A DNA stretch of 64,000 nt from an uncultured Lentisphaerota bacterium (GCA_900320095.1 ONQZ01000001.1:19174-83173), one strand, 5' to 3'. Counted from the first letter of the stretch, positions 26,312 through 34,980 are shown. A program made the numbers and translations. The notes: generated by a model from the sequence alone, not told the origin.

Positions 26312-27808
26312 ATGGGCGGTTTTTTCGGCGTTGTCTCTAACGGTGACTGCGTGGACGACCTCTTCTACGGGGTCGATTACCATTCGCATCTGGGCACGGT
26401 CCGCGGCGGCATGGCCGTCACCAATCCCTACGGTTCCATCATCCGTTCCATCCACGATATCTCCAACGAGATGTTCCGGTCCAAGTTCGGGCCCGAACTC
26501 GAGATGTTCCGCGGCGCGAAGTGCGGCATCGGCGTCATCAGCGACATGGACGACCAGCCGCTGCTGATCGCGTCCCACCTCGGCATGTACAGCATCGTGA
26601 CGGTCGGCAAGCTCAACAACATCGAAGAGCTGACCCGGCAGGCGATCGAGGAGCATCACATCCACTTCGCCGAGCACAGCAACGGCGAGCACAACCCGAC
26701 CGAGGTCGTCGCTTCGCTCATCAACACGCAGAAGACCATCGAGGACGGCATCGCCTACGCCATGCACCGCATCAAGGGCTCCTGCTCCATGCTCGTGATG
26801 TCCGACGGAAGGATCTACGCCGCCCGCGACCGCTACGGACGCACGCCAGTCTCCCTCGCGAAGAAGGACGGCGCGATGGCGGTCTCCATGGAGACATCCG
26901 CCTACCCGAACCTCGACTACGAGTTCGTGCGCGACCTCGGGCCCGCCGAGATCGTGCTGGTCGACGCCGAATCCGCCACGCAGCTCAAAGCGCCCGAGGA
27001 AACCATGCAGATCTGCTCGTTCCTCTGGGTCTACTTCGGATATCCCTCCTCCGACTACGAGGGACGCAACACCGAGACCGTACGCTACGAGAACGGCGCT
27101 CGCATCGCCGCCCATGACAACGTCGAGGTCGATTCCGTCTGCGGCGTGCCCGATTCCGGCGTCGCGCACGCCATCGGCTACTCGAACAAGAAGGGCCGCC
27201 CCTATCTGCGCGCCCTCGTCAAATACACGCCCACCTGGCTCCGCAGCTTCATGCCGCAGGTGCAGTCCCACCGCAACCTCATCGCGAAGATGAAGCTACT
27301 CCCCGTGCAGGACCAGATCGAGGGGAAACGCCTGCTCTTCTGCGACGACTCCATCGTTCGCGGCACGCAGTTCCGCGACGTCACGCGCCGTCTGCTCGAA
27401 CGCGGCGCGAAGGAAGTGCATCTGCGCTCCGCCTCCCCGCCGCTCGCGTTCCCCTGCCTCTTCCTCAATTTCTCGCGTTCGCGTTCCGTGATGGACCTCG
27501 CCGCGCGCCGCATCATCGCCGAACTCGAAGGCGGCGAGCCCACGCCGGAGATCCTGCGCGAATACATCACCGCTGGCACCCCGCGCTATGAACGCATGGT
27601 CGAAAAGATCCGCCAGAAACTCGGGCTCACGACCCTGAAATACCAGACCATCGACCAGCTCGTCGAGGCCATCGGACTCCCGAAGTGCAAGCTCTGCACG
27701 TTCTGTTTCGACGGCTGCGACCCGACCGGCTGCGCGAAGTGGATCGGCTGCGCCTGCCCCTCGCACGACGGCGGCGACGCCGAACAGAAAGCCCCCGAAA
27801 AAGCATAA
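26312..27808 (+). CDS. amidophosphoribosyltransferase-like protein (class-II GATase + PRTase domains), N-terminal Cys absent
   Basis: AAGGAG lies 10 nt upstream of the ATG. The protein begins MGGFFGV rather than MCG. It has CSFLWVYFGYPSS, DSGVAHAIGYS, and the PRPP loop LLFCDDSIVRGTQ. The tail is Cys-rich (CKLCTFCFDGCDPTGC). Confidence 0.8.
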   Translation: MGGFFGVVSNGDCVDDLFYGVDYHSHLGTVRGGMAVTNPYGSIIRSIHDISNEMFRSKFGPELEMFRGAKCGIGVISDMDDQPLLIASHLGMYSIVTVGKLNNIEELTRQAIEEHHIHFAEHSNGEHNPTEVVASLINTQKTIEDGIAYAMHRIKGSCSMLVMSDGRIYAARDRYGRTPVSLAKKDGAMAVSMETSAYPNLDYEFVRDLGPAEIVLVDAESATQLKAPEETMQICSFLWVYFGYPSSDYEGRNTETVRYENGARIAAHDNVEVDSVCGVPDSGVAHAIGYSNKKGRPYLRALVKYTPTWLRSFMPQVQSHRNLIAKMKLLPVQDQIEGKRLLFCDDSIVRGTQFRDVTRRLLERGAKEVHLRSASPPLAFPCLFLNFSRSRSVMDLAARRIIAELEGGEPTPEILREYITAGTPRYERMVEKIRQKLGLTTLKYQTIDQLVEAIGLPKCKLCTFCFDGCDPTGCAKWIGCACPSHDGGDAEQKAPEKA

Positions 27809-27882
27809 CCCGGAGAACACACTCCGCCTCAATTTTACAGTCAACACCCGACATCCGCCCATTTTAGGAAAGGAGCGCCATT

Positions 27883-29970
27883 ATGAGATCAAAATCCTGG
27901 AACCGTTTTCTGGCCGCATTCATACTCGTTTTTGCGCTGCTTCTGAGCGCCTGCCGGAGCACGGAATCCGAAGGGGCCGCAGCGGCAAAAGATGAGGTTG
28001 CCGCGGAACCCGCCGGTCCCTGGCCGACCGCGCGCCTGATCGGCGAGCTCTCCGGTCACGACCCGCTCGAGGGCTTCAACCGGAGCATGTTCGAGGTGGA
28101 CACCGTGATCATGGACTACATCGCGCGTCCGCTGGGGTGGATCTGGTCCAGCGTCCTGCCGCGCCCCGTGATCCAGTGCATCGAAAACGCCTGCCACAAC
28201 CTCGCGTTCCCCGGCCGCATGATCTCCTCGCTCGGCAGCGCCGAGTGGGAATGCGCGGGCGTCGAGACCGGGCGGTTCCTGCTGAACTCCACCGTCGGCA
28301 TCGCGGGCCTCTTCGACCCCGCCGAATACTGGTTCCACCTCTACAAGACCGACGCCGACTTCGGGCGCATGTTCGCCACATGGGGCATCGGGCCGGGCTG
28401 CCGCCTCATCATCCCCGGCAGCAAACACATCAACGTCCGCGACGACATCGGCAGCATCTTCGACTATCTGCTCGACATCCGCACCTACCTGCCCTATTCC
28501 AGCTGGGCGTACGTCAACAACGTCGTGGCGCTCCATCCGCAGTTCGTGAACGTGATCAAGGGCTCCGCCGATCCATACCGCACCTACGTGATGATGTCGC
28601 TCCTGAACCGCGAACTCCAGCTCGACAAGTGGTACTACGACTACGCGAAGGACGTCTACCACGGGCGCCTGCCCGAGCTCCCGCCCGATCAGGGCACCGC
28701 GATGCCGGAGACTCTCCACGGCCGCCGCAAGGTCCTCGAAGGCTATCATTCGCTCGGCCCCGTGATCGACACCCTCCGCGCGATCTACTTCGTGCCGCAG
28801 AAGGACCACGACTGGTGGTACGCACGCCTCTCCATCTTCAACTCCGACTTCGAGGACAAGATCCACACGCGCAAGGTCACGGTCGGCATCGACCCCGAAC
28901 GCTCCCGCCTCAGATACGGATTCTTCGAAGCGCCGAAGCCGAAGGACGAGAACGAGGTCCGTCCTGAAAAGCTCGCCATCGTCATCCCCGGCATCGGCAG
29001 CATCTACAACAACCAGACCGCCCTCGCCACCGCCGAGGAGTTCTACAACGCCGGCTACAGTGTCGTTCTGGTCGACAACGGCTTCAACTGGCGCTTCATG
29101 ACCGCCACGGACGGCAAACTGCCCGGATACACCCCGCACGACGCCGCCAAGATGCGCACCGTGCTCCAGAAGATCCTCGCCGACCTCCGCGAAGACGGCA
29201 AGATCAAGGACCCGCGGATCGTCCTCACGGGCTGGTCCATGGGCGGCATCGAGCTCTGCCACATCGCCGCCATGGAGGAAAAGGAAAATACCCTCGGCAT
29301 CAGCCGTTATCTCCCCATCAACCCGCCCGCCGACCTGATCACGGCGCTGAAGACCGCCGACGCCTACGCCGCCGTGACCAAGGACTGGACCTTCGACGAG
29401 GCCGTGGAAAAAGTCTCCACCGGGGCAGGGCTCCAGTACGTCCTCACGAAGGATGTGATCCCGCCGCTGGATCCCGCGCAGCCGGAGACCGTCACGCGGC
29501 CGCCGCTCGTCGCCGACGACGTCGCCAAGTTCTTCGTGGCATTCTCCATCCAGAGCTGCCTCACCGAAGACCTGGAGAAGACCCAGCGCGAGGGCAAGTA
29601 TCCCCTCCCCGGCATCGAGGCCCCCTGCACCATGTTCAACCGCGAGGACTTCTACCGCGAGGTCGGCGACATCGGGTTCATGGAGTACATCACGCGTTTC
29701 CTCTTCCCCCAGATGGGCAAGGATATCAAGGACCTCGACAAGCTCGCCGCCGAATCCGGCCTTCGTGCCGTCGAATCCACGCTCAAAAACAACAAGTCCG
29801 TCCGCATGATCCATGCCTGGGACGACATCCTCATCAACGACGCCGACCGCAAGTTCCTCGACGAGACGCTCGGCGACCGCATCACCTGGTTCTCCAACGG
29901 CGGCCACTGCGGCCAGTTCTATACCAAAGATTTCCGCGAAGAACTCCTTTCCCGCGCCGAGGAAGAGTAA
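27883..29970 (+). CDS. lipoprotein fusing an MlaA/VacJ domain to a C-terminal alpha/beta-hydrolase domain
   Basis: Lipobox LLLSAC. MlaA pattern DPLEGFNRSMFEVD...RFLLNSTVGIAGLFDPA (aa ~60-215). Hydrolase pattern TGWSMGG (Ser452), HAWDDILI and NGGHCGQF (aa ~360-690). Confidence 0.75.
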   Translation: MRSKSWNRFLAAFILVFALLLSACRSTESEGAAAAKDEVAAEPAGPWPTARLIGELSGHDPLEGFNRSMFEVDTVIMDYIARPLGWIWSSVLPRPVIQCIENACHNLAFPGRMISSLGSAEWECAGVETGRFLLNSTVGIAGLFDPAEYWFHLYKTDADFGRMFATWGIGPGCRLIIPGSKHINVRDDIGSIFDYLLDIRTYLPYSSWAYVNNVVALHPQFVNVIKGSADPYRTYVMMSLLNRELQLDKWYYDYAKDVYHGRLPELPPDQGTAMPETLHGRRKVLEGYHSLGPVIDTLRAIYFVPQKDHDWWYARLSIFNSDFEDKIHTRKVTVGIDPERSRLRYGFFEAPKPKDENEVRPEKLAIVIPGIGSIYNNQTALATAEEFYNAGYSVVLVDNGFNWRFMTATDGKLPGYTPHDAAKMRTVLQKILADLREDGKIKDPRIVLTGWSMGGIELCHIAAMEEKENTLGISRYLPINPPADLITALKTADAYAAVTKDWTFDEAVEKVSTGAGLQYVLTKDVIPPLDPAQPETVTRPPLVADDVAKFFVAFSIQSCLTEDLEKTQREGKYPLPGIEAPCTMFNREDFYREVGDIGFMEYITRFLFPQMGKDIKDLDKLAAESGLRAVESTLKNNKSVRMIHAWDDILINDADRKFLDETLGDRITWFSNGGHCGQFYTKDFREELLSRAEEE

Positions 29971-29991
29971 GCGCAGCAGTCCTGAACCCCG

Positions 29992-30030
29992 AGATTTTGC
30001 ACACGCGCGTGCAAAATCTTCTCTTGTTTC
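29992..30030 (+). terminator. intrinsic terminator after the MlaA-hydrolase gene
   Basis: Perfect 11-bp stem AGATTTTGCAC / GTGCAAAATCT (29992-30019) with a 6-nt loop, followed by TCTCTTGTTTCT. Confidence 0.55.
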
Positions 30031-30086
30031 TGGCGGAAGACTGAAACGCGGAAGGAAACACACTGGTATCAGCATAAGAAAGGCAA

Positions 30087-31145
30087 GTGATGGATAAGAA
30101 ACAGGACATTCAAAAAGCCATTTCTCTGAGCCTTCTGGCCGACCTTCGCGAGATCATCGCCCATGGCCGTGCCGTGGCGTATGCCGCGATTAACGCAGCC
30201 ATGATCGATACCTACTGGAAGATCGGTCAGCGTATCGTCGAGGAGGAACAGCATGGCAGCAAACGCGCGGAATACGGGACCGGATTGCTGAAGGAGCTTT
30301 CAGTAGTTTTAACAGCGGAATTCGGCAAAGGTTTTGATGCACGCAGTCTTCGGTTTTATCGTCAATTCTATCTATTTTTCCCTCAAGGGAAGATTTGGTA
30401 CACGCGTGTTCCAAATCTTACTTGGTCGCATTTTCGTACCCTTTTGCGTGTGGAAAATGAGGACGCGCGCCTCTGGTATTTAGACGAGGCTTCACGGGAA
30501 TCATGGAGCGTCCGCACCCTCGACCGCAATATCAGTTCGCAGTATTACTACCGTCTGCTTGCCTCGCAGAACAAGGCTCCGGTCATAGCGGAGATGAAGG
30601 AAATCACGGCTCCGATGCAGACAGACAAACTGGAATTCATCAAGAATCCGGTAGTCGCAGAATTCCTGGGGCTTGCATCGAATCCCGACTTCACGGAAAC
30701 GAAGCTCGAACAGTGCATTATTACGCATTTGCAGAACTTCCTGATGGAACTCGGCAAAGGCTATGCCTTCGTCGCCCGTCAGCAGCATATCGCCACGGAT
30801 GCGGGGGATTTCTTTATAGACCTCGTTTTTTACAATTACATTCTGAAATGCTTCGTACTGATTGACCTGAAGACTGCGCGGATCACCCATCAGGACGTGG
30901 GACAGATGGACATGTATGTGCGGATGTACGACGAACGGAAACGCTCCGAGGGCGACAATCCGACCATCGGCATCCTGCTTTGTTCCGAGACCAGCGAGGA
31001 TATCGCCCGGTATTCGGTCCTGCATGACAGCAAGCAGCTTTTCGCATCCAAGTATCTGACCTATTTGCCGACAAAAGACGAACTCCGGCGGGAGATCGAA
31101 GCACAGAAGGAGATATTCCGGCTTCAGCAAAACGAGGAGAAATGA
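30087..31145 (+). CDS. YhcG / DUF1016 family PD-(D/E)XK nuclease
   Basis: GTG 30087 or ATG 30090. It has YWKIGQRIVEEEQHGSKRAEYG and LSWSHF-like TWSHFRTLL. The nuclease core is FFIDLVFYNYILKCFVLIDLK. The region is about 43% GC. Confidence 0.8.
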   Translation: MMDKKQDIQKAISLSLLADLREIIAHGRAVAYAAINAAMIDTYWKIGQRIVEEEQHGSKRAEYGTGLLKELSVVLTAEFGKGFDARSLRFYRQFYLFFPQGKIWYTRVPNLTWSHFRTLLRVENEDARLWYLDEASRESWSVRTLDRNISSQYYYRLLASQNKAPVIAEMKEITAPMQTDKLEFIKNPVVAEFLGLASNPDFTETKLEQCIITHLQNFLMELGKGYAFVARQQHIATDAGDFFIDLVFYNYILKCFVLIDLKTARITHQDVGQMDMYVRMYDERKRSEGDNPTIGILLCSETSEDIARYSVLHDSKQLFASKYLTYLPTKDELRREIEAQKEIFRLQQNEEK

Positions 31146-31759
31146 CGATGGATTGGAAACAGCAGTTTAAGTTTCATGATCTCAGTTTCCGGAAGACCTG
31201 TATCGTTCTCCTGGTGATTGCAGTTTGTGAGGTTATCCTGCTTCTGTTCATCCCCCCTTGGCAGCCGAATTCGGAGACGGTCAGCCATTTCCGCTGCGGG
31301 CGCAAGCAGAGGTGGATCTACAGGATCATGAGCGAGGTCCCCGACGGGGACGAGTTCGAACTGCCGCCCGAATGGACCGTCGCCGACCTGATCCGGGAAG
31401 CGGTCAGAAAAGACCGTCAATCGCCCCTTCCCGCTCCTGAAAAAGATTTTATCTGCCAGAATGTCCGCTATGAGCGCGAGTATCTCGTTCGACGCAGGCG
31501 CGTGGAAGTCGACGCCCCGTATCTGGTATTTTCCGTGCCCGCCTCGGTCGTGTTCGACAAATCGCTTCAGGAGCCCGTCCCGATCCTCATGTGTCCCCTC
31601 GGCGCGCATGGTGACAAACTCGGTTCAAGGGTCCTGTACTCGGACGGCTCCGCAAATTATCTGACCCCGGAAGAGTCCGAAAAGCTCGTCGCCGAACAGT
31701 CGCCCGTCCCGCTCGAAATAGACTTCGAAGCCCTGGCAAAAGAGGCACAAACGCCATGA
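31142..31759 (+). CDS. membrane-anchored hypothetical protein (paralogue A)
   Basis: ATGA overlap with the yhcG-like stop. TM CIVLLVIAVCEVILLLFI. Shares PPEWTVADLI, APYLVFSVPASV, PILM and RVLYSDGSANYLTPEESEKL blocks with the next ORF. Confidence 0.55.
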   Translation: MTMDWKQQFKFHDLSFRKTCIVLLVIAVCEVILLLFIPPWQPNSETVSHFRCGRKQRWIYRIMSEVPDGDEFELPPEWTVADLIREAVRKDRQSPLPAPEKDFICQNVRYEREYLVRRRRVEVDAPYLVFSVPASVVFDKSLQEPVPILMCPLGAHGDKLGSRVLYSDGSANYLTPEESEKLVAEQSPVPLEIDFEALAKEAQTP

Positions 31760-32544
31760 CGGAGGAAAAGAATGAAACTCCCGCGCCGGAGGAGCCGAAG
31801 AACCCGTGGGCGTTTCTGGAGTCCCCGCGGGAGGAACCGCCGGAACGCGAGGACGTCCTGCGGCTGAAAGATGTTTCCAAATCCTGGCTGGCGGGATACC
31901 TTCTGAACAAAGGGTGTACTTTCCTCATAATCATTCTCGGCGTGCTGATCGGGATCGGCGCGATCTTCGGGGAGATCGAAGACCGTGCACGGTTGGGACG
32001 CGGTTATGCACAAGATTGCATTTCCAGACTCAGCCGTATTGGAAAAGTCATGTATACTCTTGTTGACCCGGACGGAAAGGACGATCCGTCCGCGTCCGGG
32101 CAGGACACGCAGGAACCGCCCTTCGAGCTCCGGCCGGAACACACCATCGCCGATTTGATTCAGGAGATTCTGGCGCGGGGGCTTCTGCGGGAGGAGGATT
32201 TCCGCTGCCGGTGGGGAGAAGGACATCCGCCATATCTGGTGTTTCCGCTGCCTGCGTCCGTGCTGGTGATGGAACACGACCCGAAAAACCGGATCCCGAT
32301 CCTCATGGAGCTTCCCGAATTCCACCGGAAAAACGAAACCTTCTGGAAGATACGGCAGTGGCTGCCCGGAAAAGACAAATACAATTCTTCGCCCCGTGTG
32401 CTGTGGGCGGACGGCGGCGCCGGGATCATCACTATGGAAGAGGCTGAAAAACTCATCAAAGATCGTCCTCCGAAATCCATAAATTTCTCAAGAGATTCAG
32501 GCATCGAACGAGAACGGAAGACGGCCACAGATCGTCAGGATTAA
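31756..32544 (+). CDS. membrane-anchored hypothetical protein (paralogue B)
   Basis: ATGA overlap with paralogue A. TM CTFLIIILGVLIGIGAIF. Blocks RPEHTIADLI, PPYLVFPLPASV, PILM and RVLWADGGAGIITMEEAEKL. Confidence 0.55.
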   Translation: MTEEKNETPAPEEPKNPWAFLESPREEPPEREDVLRLKDVSKSWLAGYLLNKGCTFLIIILGVLIGIGAIFGEIEDRARLGRGYAQDCISRLSRIGKVMYTLVDPDGKDDPSASGQDTQEPPFELRPEHTIADLIQEILARGLLREEDFRCRWGEGHPPYLVFPLPASVLVMEHDPKNRIPILMELPEFHRKNETFWKIRQWLPGKDKYNSSPRVLWADGGAGIITMEEAEKLIKDRPPKSINFSRDSGIERERKTATDRQD

Positions 32545-32799
32545 CGGCTTGACCGTTATTTGCAATCCATTCCACAACAATTTTCTGACGGAATGACGGA
32601 CGGATTTGACGATTGCTCCGTCACTTTCGCCCGTTCATCAAAAACCGACTTTTCAAAGCAGAGAAGACAGGAAGATTATGACACCTCGTTATCTTCTCTG
32701 ATTTTCTTGTGGTTCTCTCGCATCGGGACACGAAAAACGCCGGGGGATCATGCGGTCCGCCCGGCGCAAAATGGAGAAGTGTTTGAATCCGATCCGGTA

Positions 32800-34029
32800 T
32801 TATTTCGCGGTCGGATCGTTGACGCGACCCGCGAAGAGGACGAGTCCGGTCTGGTTGTCGCGGATGAGGACCATGAACGGACGGTCTGCGCGGAACTGGT
32901 GGACCGGGTCGGGCATGCCGATGGAGGTGATCCTCGCCATGCCGATGGCGGTGGCGGCCGCGGCCTTCGTGGAGACTTCGTCCATCTTCAGCGCGGTCTT
33001 GTGCACCACGTTTTCGATTTTGAGCGCTTCCTCGGTGTCGATGCCGGAGAAGTCGGCGAAATTGGAGAACGGGGTCTTCATGCCGAGCCCCTGGAGGGTC
33101 TTGTTGAGGTCGAGCTTGCAGGTCAGGTCGGTCTTCGGCAGCCAGACGCGCGTTTCGCCGCCCTGACGGCTTCCGAGCCAGGCGTCAAGCTTGTCGCCGA
33201 TGGAGGCGGCCATCTTCGCCAGCGCGGCCTCGCCGTGGTCGGTCCCGCCGTTGATCGGCATGAGCGCGACGAGTTCGAAGCGGCGGTTTTCGTAGGGCAG
33301 GACGATGGCGTGGACGTTGTCCTGAGGCGCCGCGCAGTAGGCGATGCCTTTGCTCTTCTGGTACATCATCTGGACTTCCTTCTCCGCGCCGCCGAACTGC
33401 GTGAAAACCATCGGCTTCGTGTCGTCCTTCGGGAACGGGTTCGCCCATTTCGCCTCGAAGTACAGCGTGTTCAGCAGGACCATGGCGGTGTCCTTGCTGA
33501 AGAAATCGGGCGTGAGGAGGTCCTTGATCATGTTCTTCGTGCGGGCTTCGACATAGGCGTTGATCTTCGCCGCGACCTTCGCGGACTGGCCGAAATCCTC
33601 CTTGTAGAACGCGCCGCCGTAATACTTTTTAATCATCTCGGTGAATTCGGGCAGCACATTCTGGTCCGTGTCGGTCCAGACGGAGTTGGAGACTAGGACT
33701 TCGGTCTTTTCCGCCTCGGCGTACTGTTTCGTGACGGAGTCGAAGAACGCGCCGCAGGTCGCGGGATCGGCGGGCAACCCGAGCACCTTGCGGATCTCGT
33801 CGGCGGTCGTGCCCTTCGCGCCGCAGTAGACCATGCCGAACGCGCCGTCGATGCTGAACGGCGAGATGAACATGTTCTTCTTCGCATCCGCCTTGCAGAC
33901 GGTGTCGAAAAGCTTGAAGCCCTGACGGTTCAGTTCGGCGGCGACCTTCTGGTCGGCGGCTTCGTCGGCGAACGCGGGCAGCGCGACGCTCATGGCGCAC
34001 AGGGCGGCGTGAAACAGTGTTTTTTTCAT
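32800..34029 (-). CDS. secreted serpin (serine protease inhibitor family)
   Basis: AAGGAG RBS and signal peptide MKKTLFHAALCAMSVALPAFA. It has NMFISPFSIDGAFGMVYCGAKGTTADEI. The hinge/RCL is EVSTKAAAATAIGMARITSIG, followed by FRADRPFMVLIRD. Confidence 0.9.
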   Translation of the reverse strand: MKKTLFHAALCAMSVALPAFADEAADQKVAAELNRQGFKLFDTVCKADAKKNMFISPFSIDGAFGMVYCGAKGTTADEIRKVLGLPADPATCGAFFDSVTKQYAEAEKTEVLVSNSVWTDTDQNVLPEFTEMIKKYYGGAFYKEDFGQSAKVAAKINAYVEARTKNMIKDLLTPDFFSKDTAMVLLNTLYFEAKWANPFPKDDTKPMVFTQFGGAEKEVQMMYQKSKGIAYCAAPQDNVHAIVLPYENRRFELVALMPINGGTDHGEAALAKMAASIGDKLDAWLGSRQGGETRVWLPKTDLTCKLDLNKTLQGLGMKTPFSNFADFSGIDTEEALKIENVVHKTALKMDEVSTKAAAATAIGMARITSIGMPDPVHQFRADRPFMVLIRDNQTGLVLFAGRVNDPTAK

Positions 34030-34198
34030 GATTTTGCTCCTTGTATGGGTGTGTTTCAGATCGTTTTCTATGAATTAGACGGGCGAAACGCGGAAATCTT
34101 AGCGGAGAATCGCGTTTTTTTCAAAAAAACATCGGATTCTTTTATGTATTGCTGGCGTTTTTCCTTGATTTCATACCTTTTTATGCTATTGTAACTGC

Positions 34199-34618
34199 AT
34201 GAACGACAATCCGCAACCGGAAAACGGAACCCCAACGGACATGGAACACGGCAACACACCTGACAACGGGATCGCCTCGGAACAGGCGTCCGGCCCCATG
34301 GCGACATTTCAGGATAAAATGGAGAAATGGACCGACAGGGTCGGCTATGGCGCCAAACGCGGACTGATCTGCGGACTCTTCACAGCGTGGGGATTTGCCG
34401 TTCTGTATGCGATTGTTCTGACCGTGAAAGTCCTGACCGCTCAGGATGACCTTGATTACGAGATGATGACATTTTGGGAATATGTAACAATCGTGGGGGC
34501 TCTCATAATCGGCTGGACACTTCTGTTCGTTCCGGTCGGAGTGATTGTCGGAGCCATTCTGGGCGCGGTGGGGATCATCCGGAAGAAGAAAAAAACGGAT
34601 GGAGATGCACAAAAATGA
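34199..34618 (+). CDS. small membrane protein (tandem paralogue 1)
   Basis: 139 aa. The RVGYGAKRGLICGLFTAWG block, two TM helices and the VPVGVIVGAILGAVGIIRKK block are duplicated in the next ORF. Confidence 0.5.
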   Translation: MNDNPQPENGTPTDMEHGNTPDNGIASEQASGPMATFQDKMEKWTDRVGYGAKRGLICGLFTAWGFAVLYAIVLTVKVLTAQDDLDYEMMTFWEYVTIVGALIIGWTLLFVPVGVIVGAILGAVGIIRKKKKTDGDAQK

Positions 34619-34980
34619 AAAACGACCTGACATCAGCAGGCGGAACGGCAGTTGAAAACAGGGTCGGCTATGGCGCCAAACGCGGCCTGATCTGCGGACT
34701 CTTCACAGCGTGGGGGCTTGCCTTTCTGCACGGGATCTTTCTGATCGTGTATTTCCTGACCGCCTACAATAGAGCTTCATCCGATTACGACACATCAATG
34801 ATGGATTATGTCGAACTCGGGTTTCATGTCGTAGAAGAAGATGGAGTATATCTCTTAATCTTCTGGTCGCTTTTGATTGTTCCGGCCGGAGTGATCGTCG
34901 GAGCCATTCTGGGCGCGGTGGGAATCATCCGGAAGAAGAATCGTCCACCTGAACCGCCCCCGTCCGAACCGGAGCCGTGA
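34615..34980 (+). CDS. small membrane protein (tandem paralogue 2)
   Basis: ATG 34615 in an ATGA overlap with paralogue 1. 121 aa with the same two conserved blocks and a Pro-rich tail PPEPPPSEPEP. Confidence 0.5.
   Translation: MKNDLTSAGGTAVENRVGYGAKRGLICGLFTAWGLAFLHGIFLIVYFLTAYNRASSDYDTSMMDYVELGFHVVEEDGVYLLIFWSLLIVPAGVIVGAILGAVGIIRKKNRPPEPPPSEPEP

Noticed and set aside
32561-32591. TGCAATCCATTCC downstream of paralogue B, resembling the reverse complement of the GGATGGATTGCA core of the 17.3-17.8 kb repeats.
   Set aside because: Only about 11 of 12 nt match. The neighbouring CTGACGG heptamer is in the opposite relative orientation. No hairpin or flank motif accompanies it. A match of this length is plausibly chance in 128 kb of two-strand sequence.
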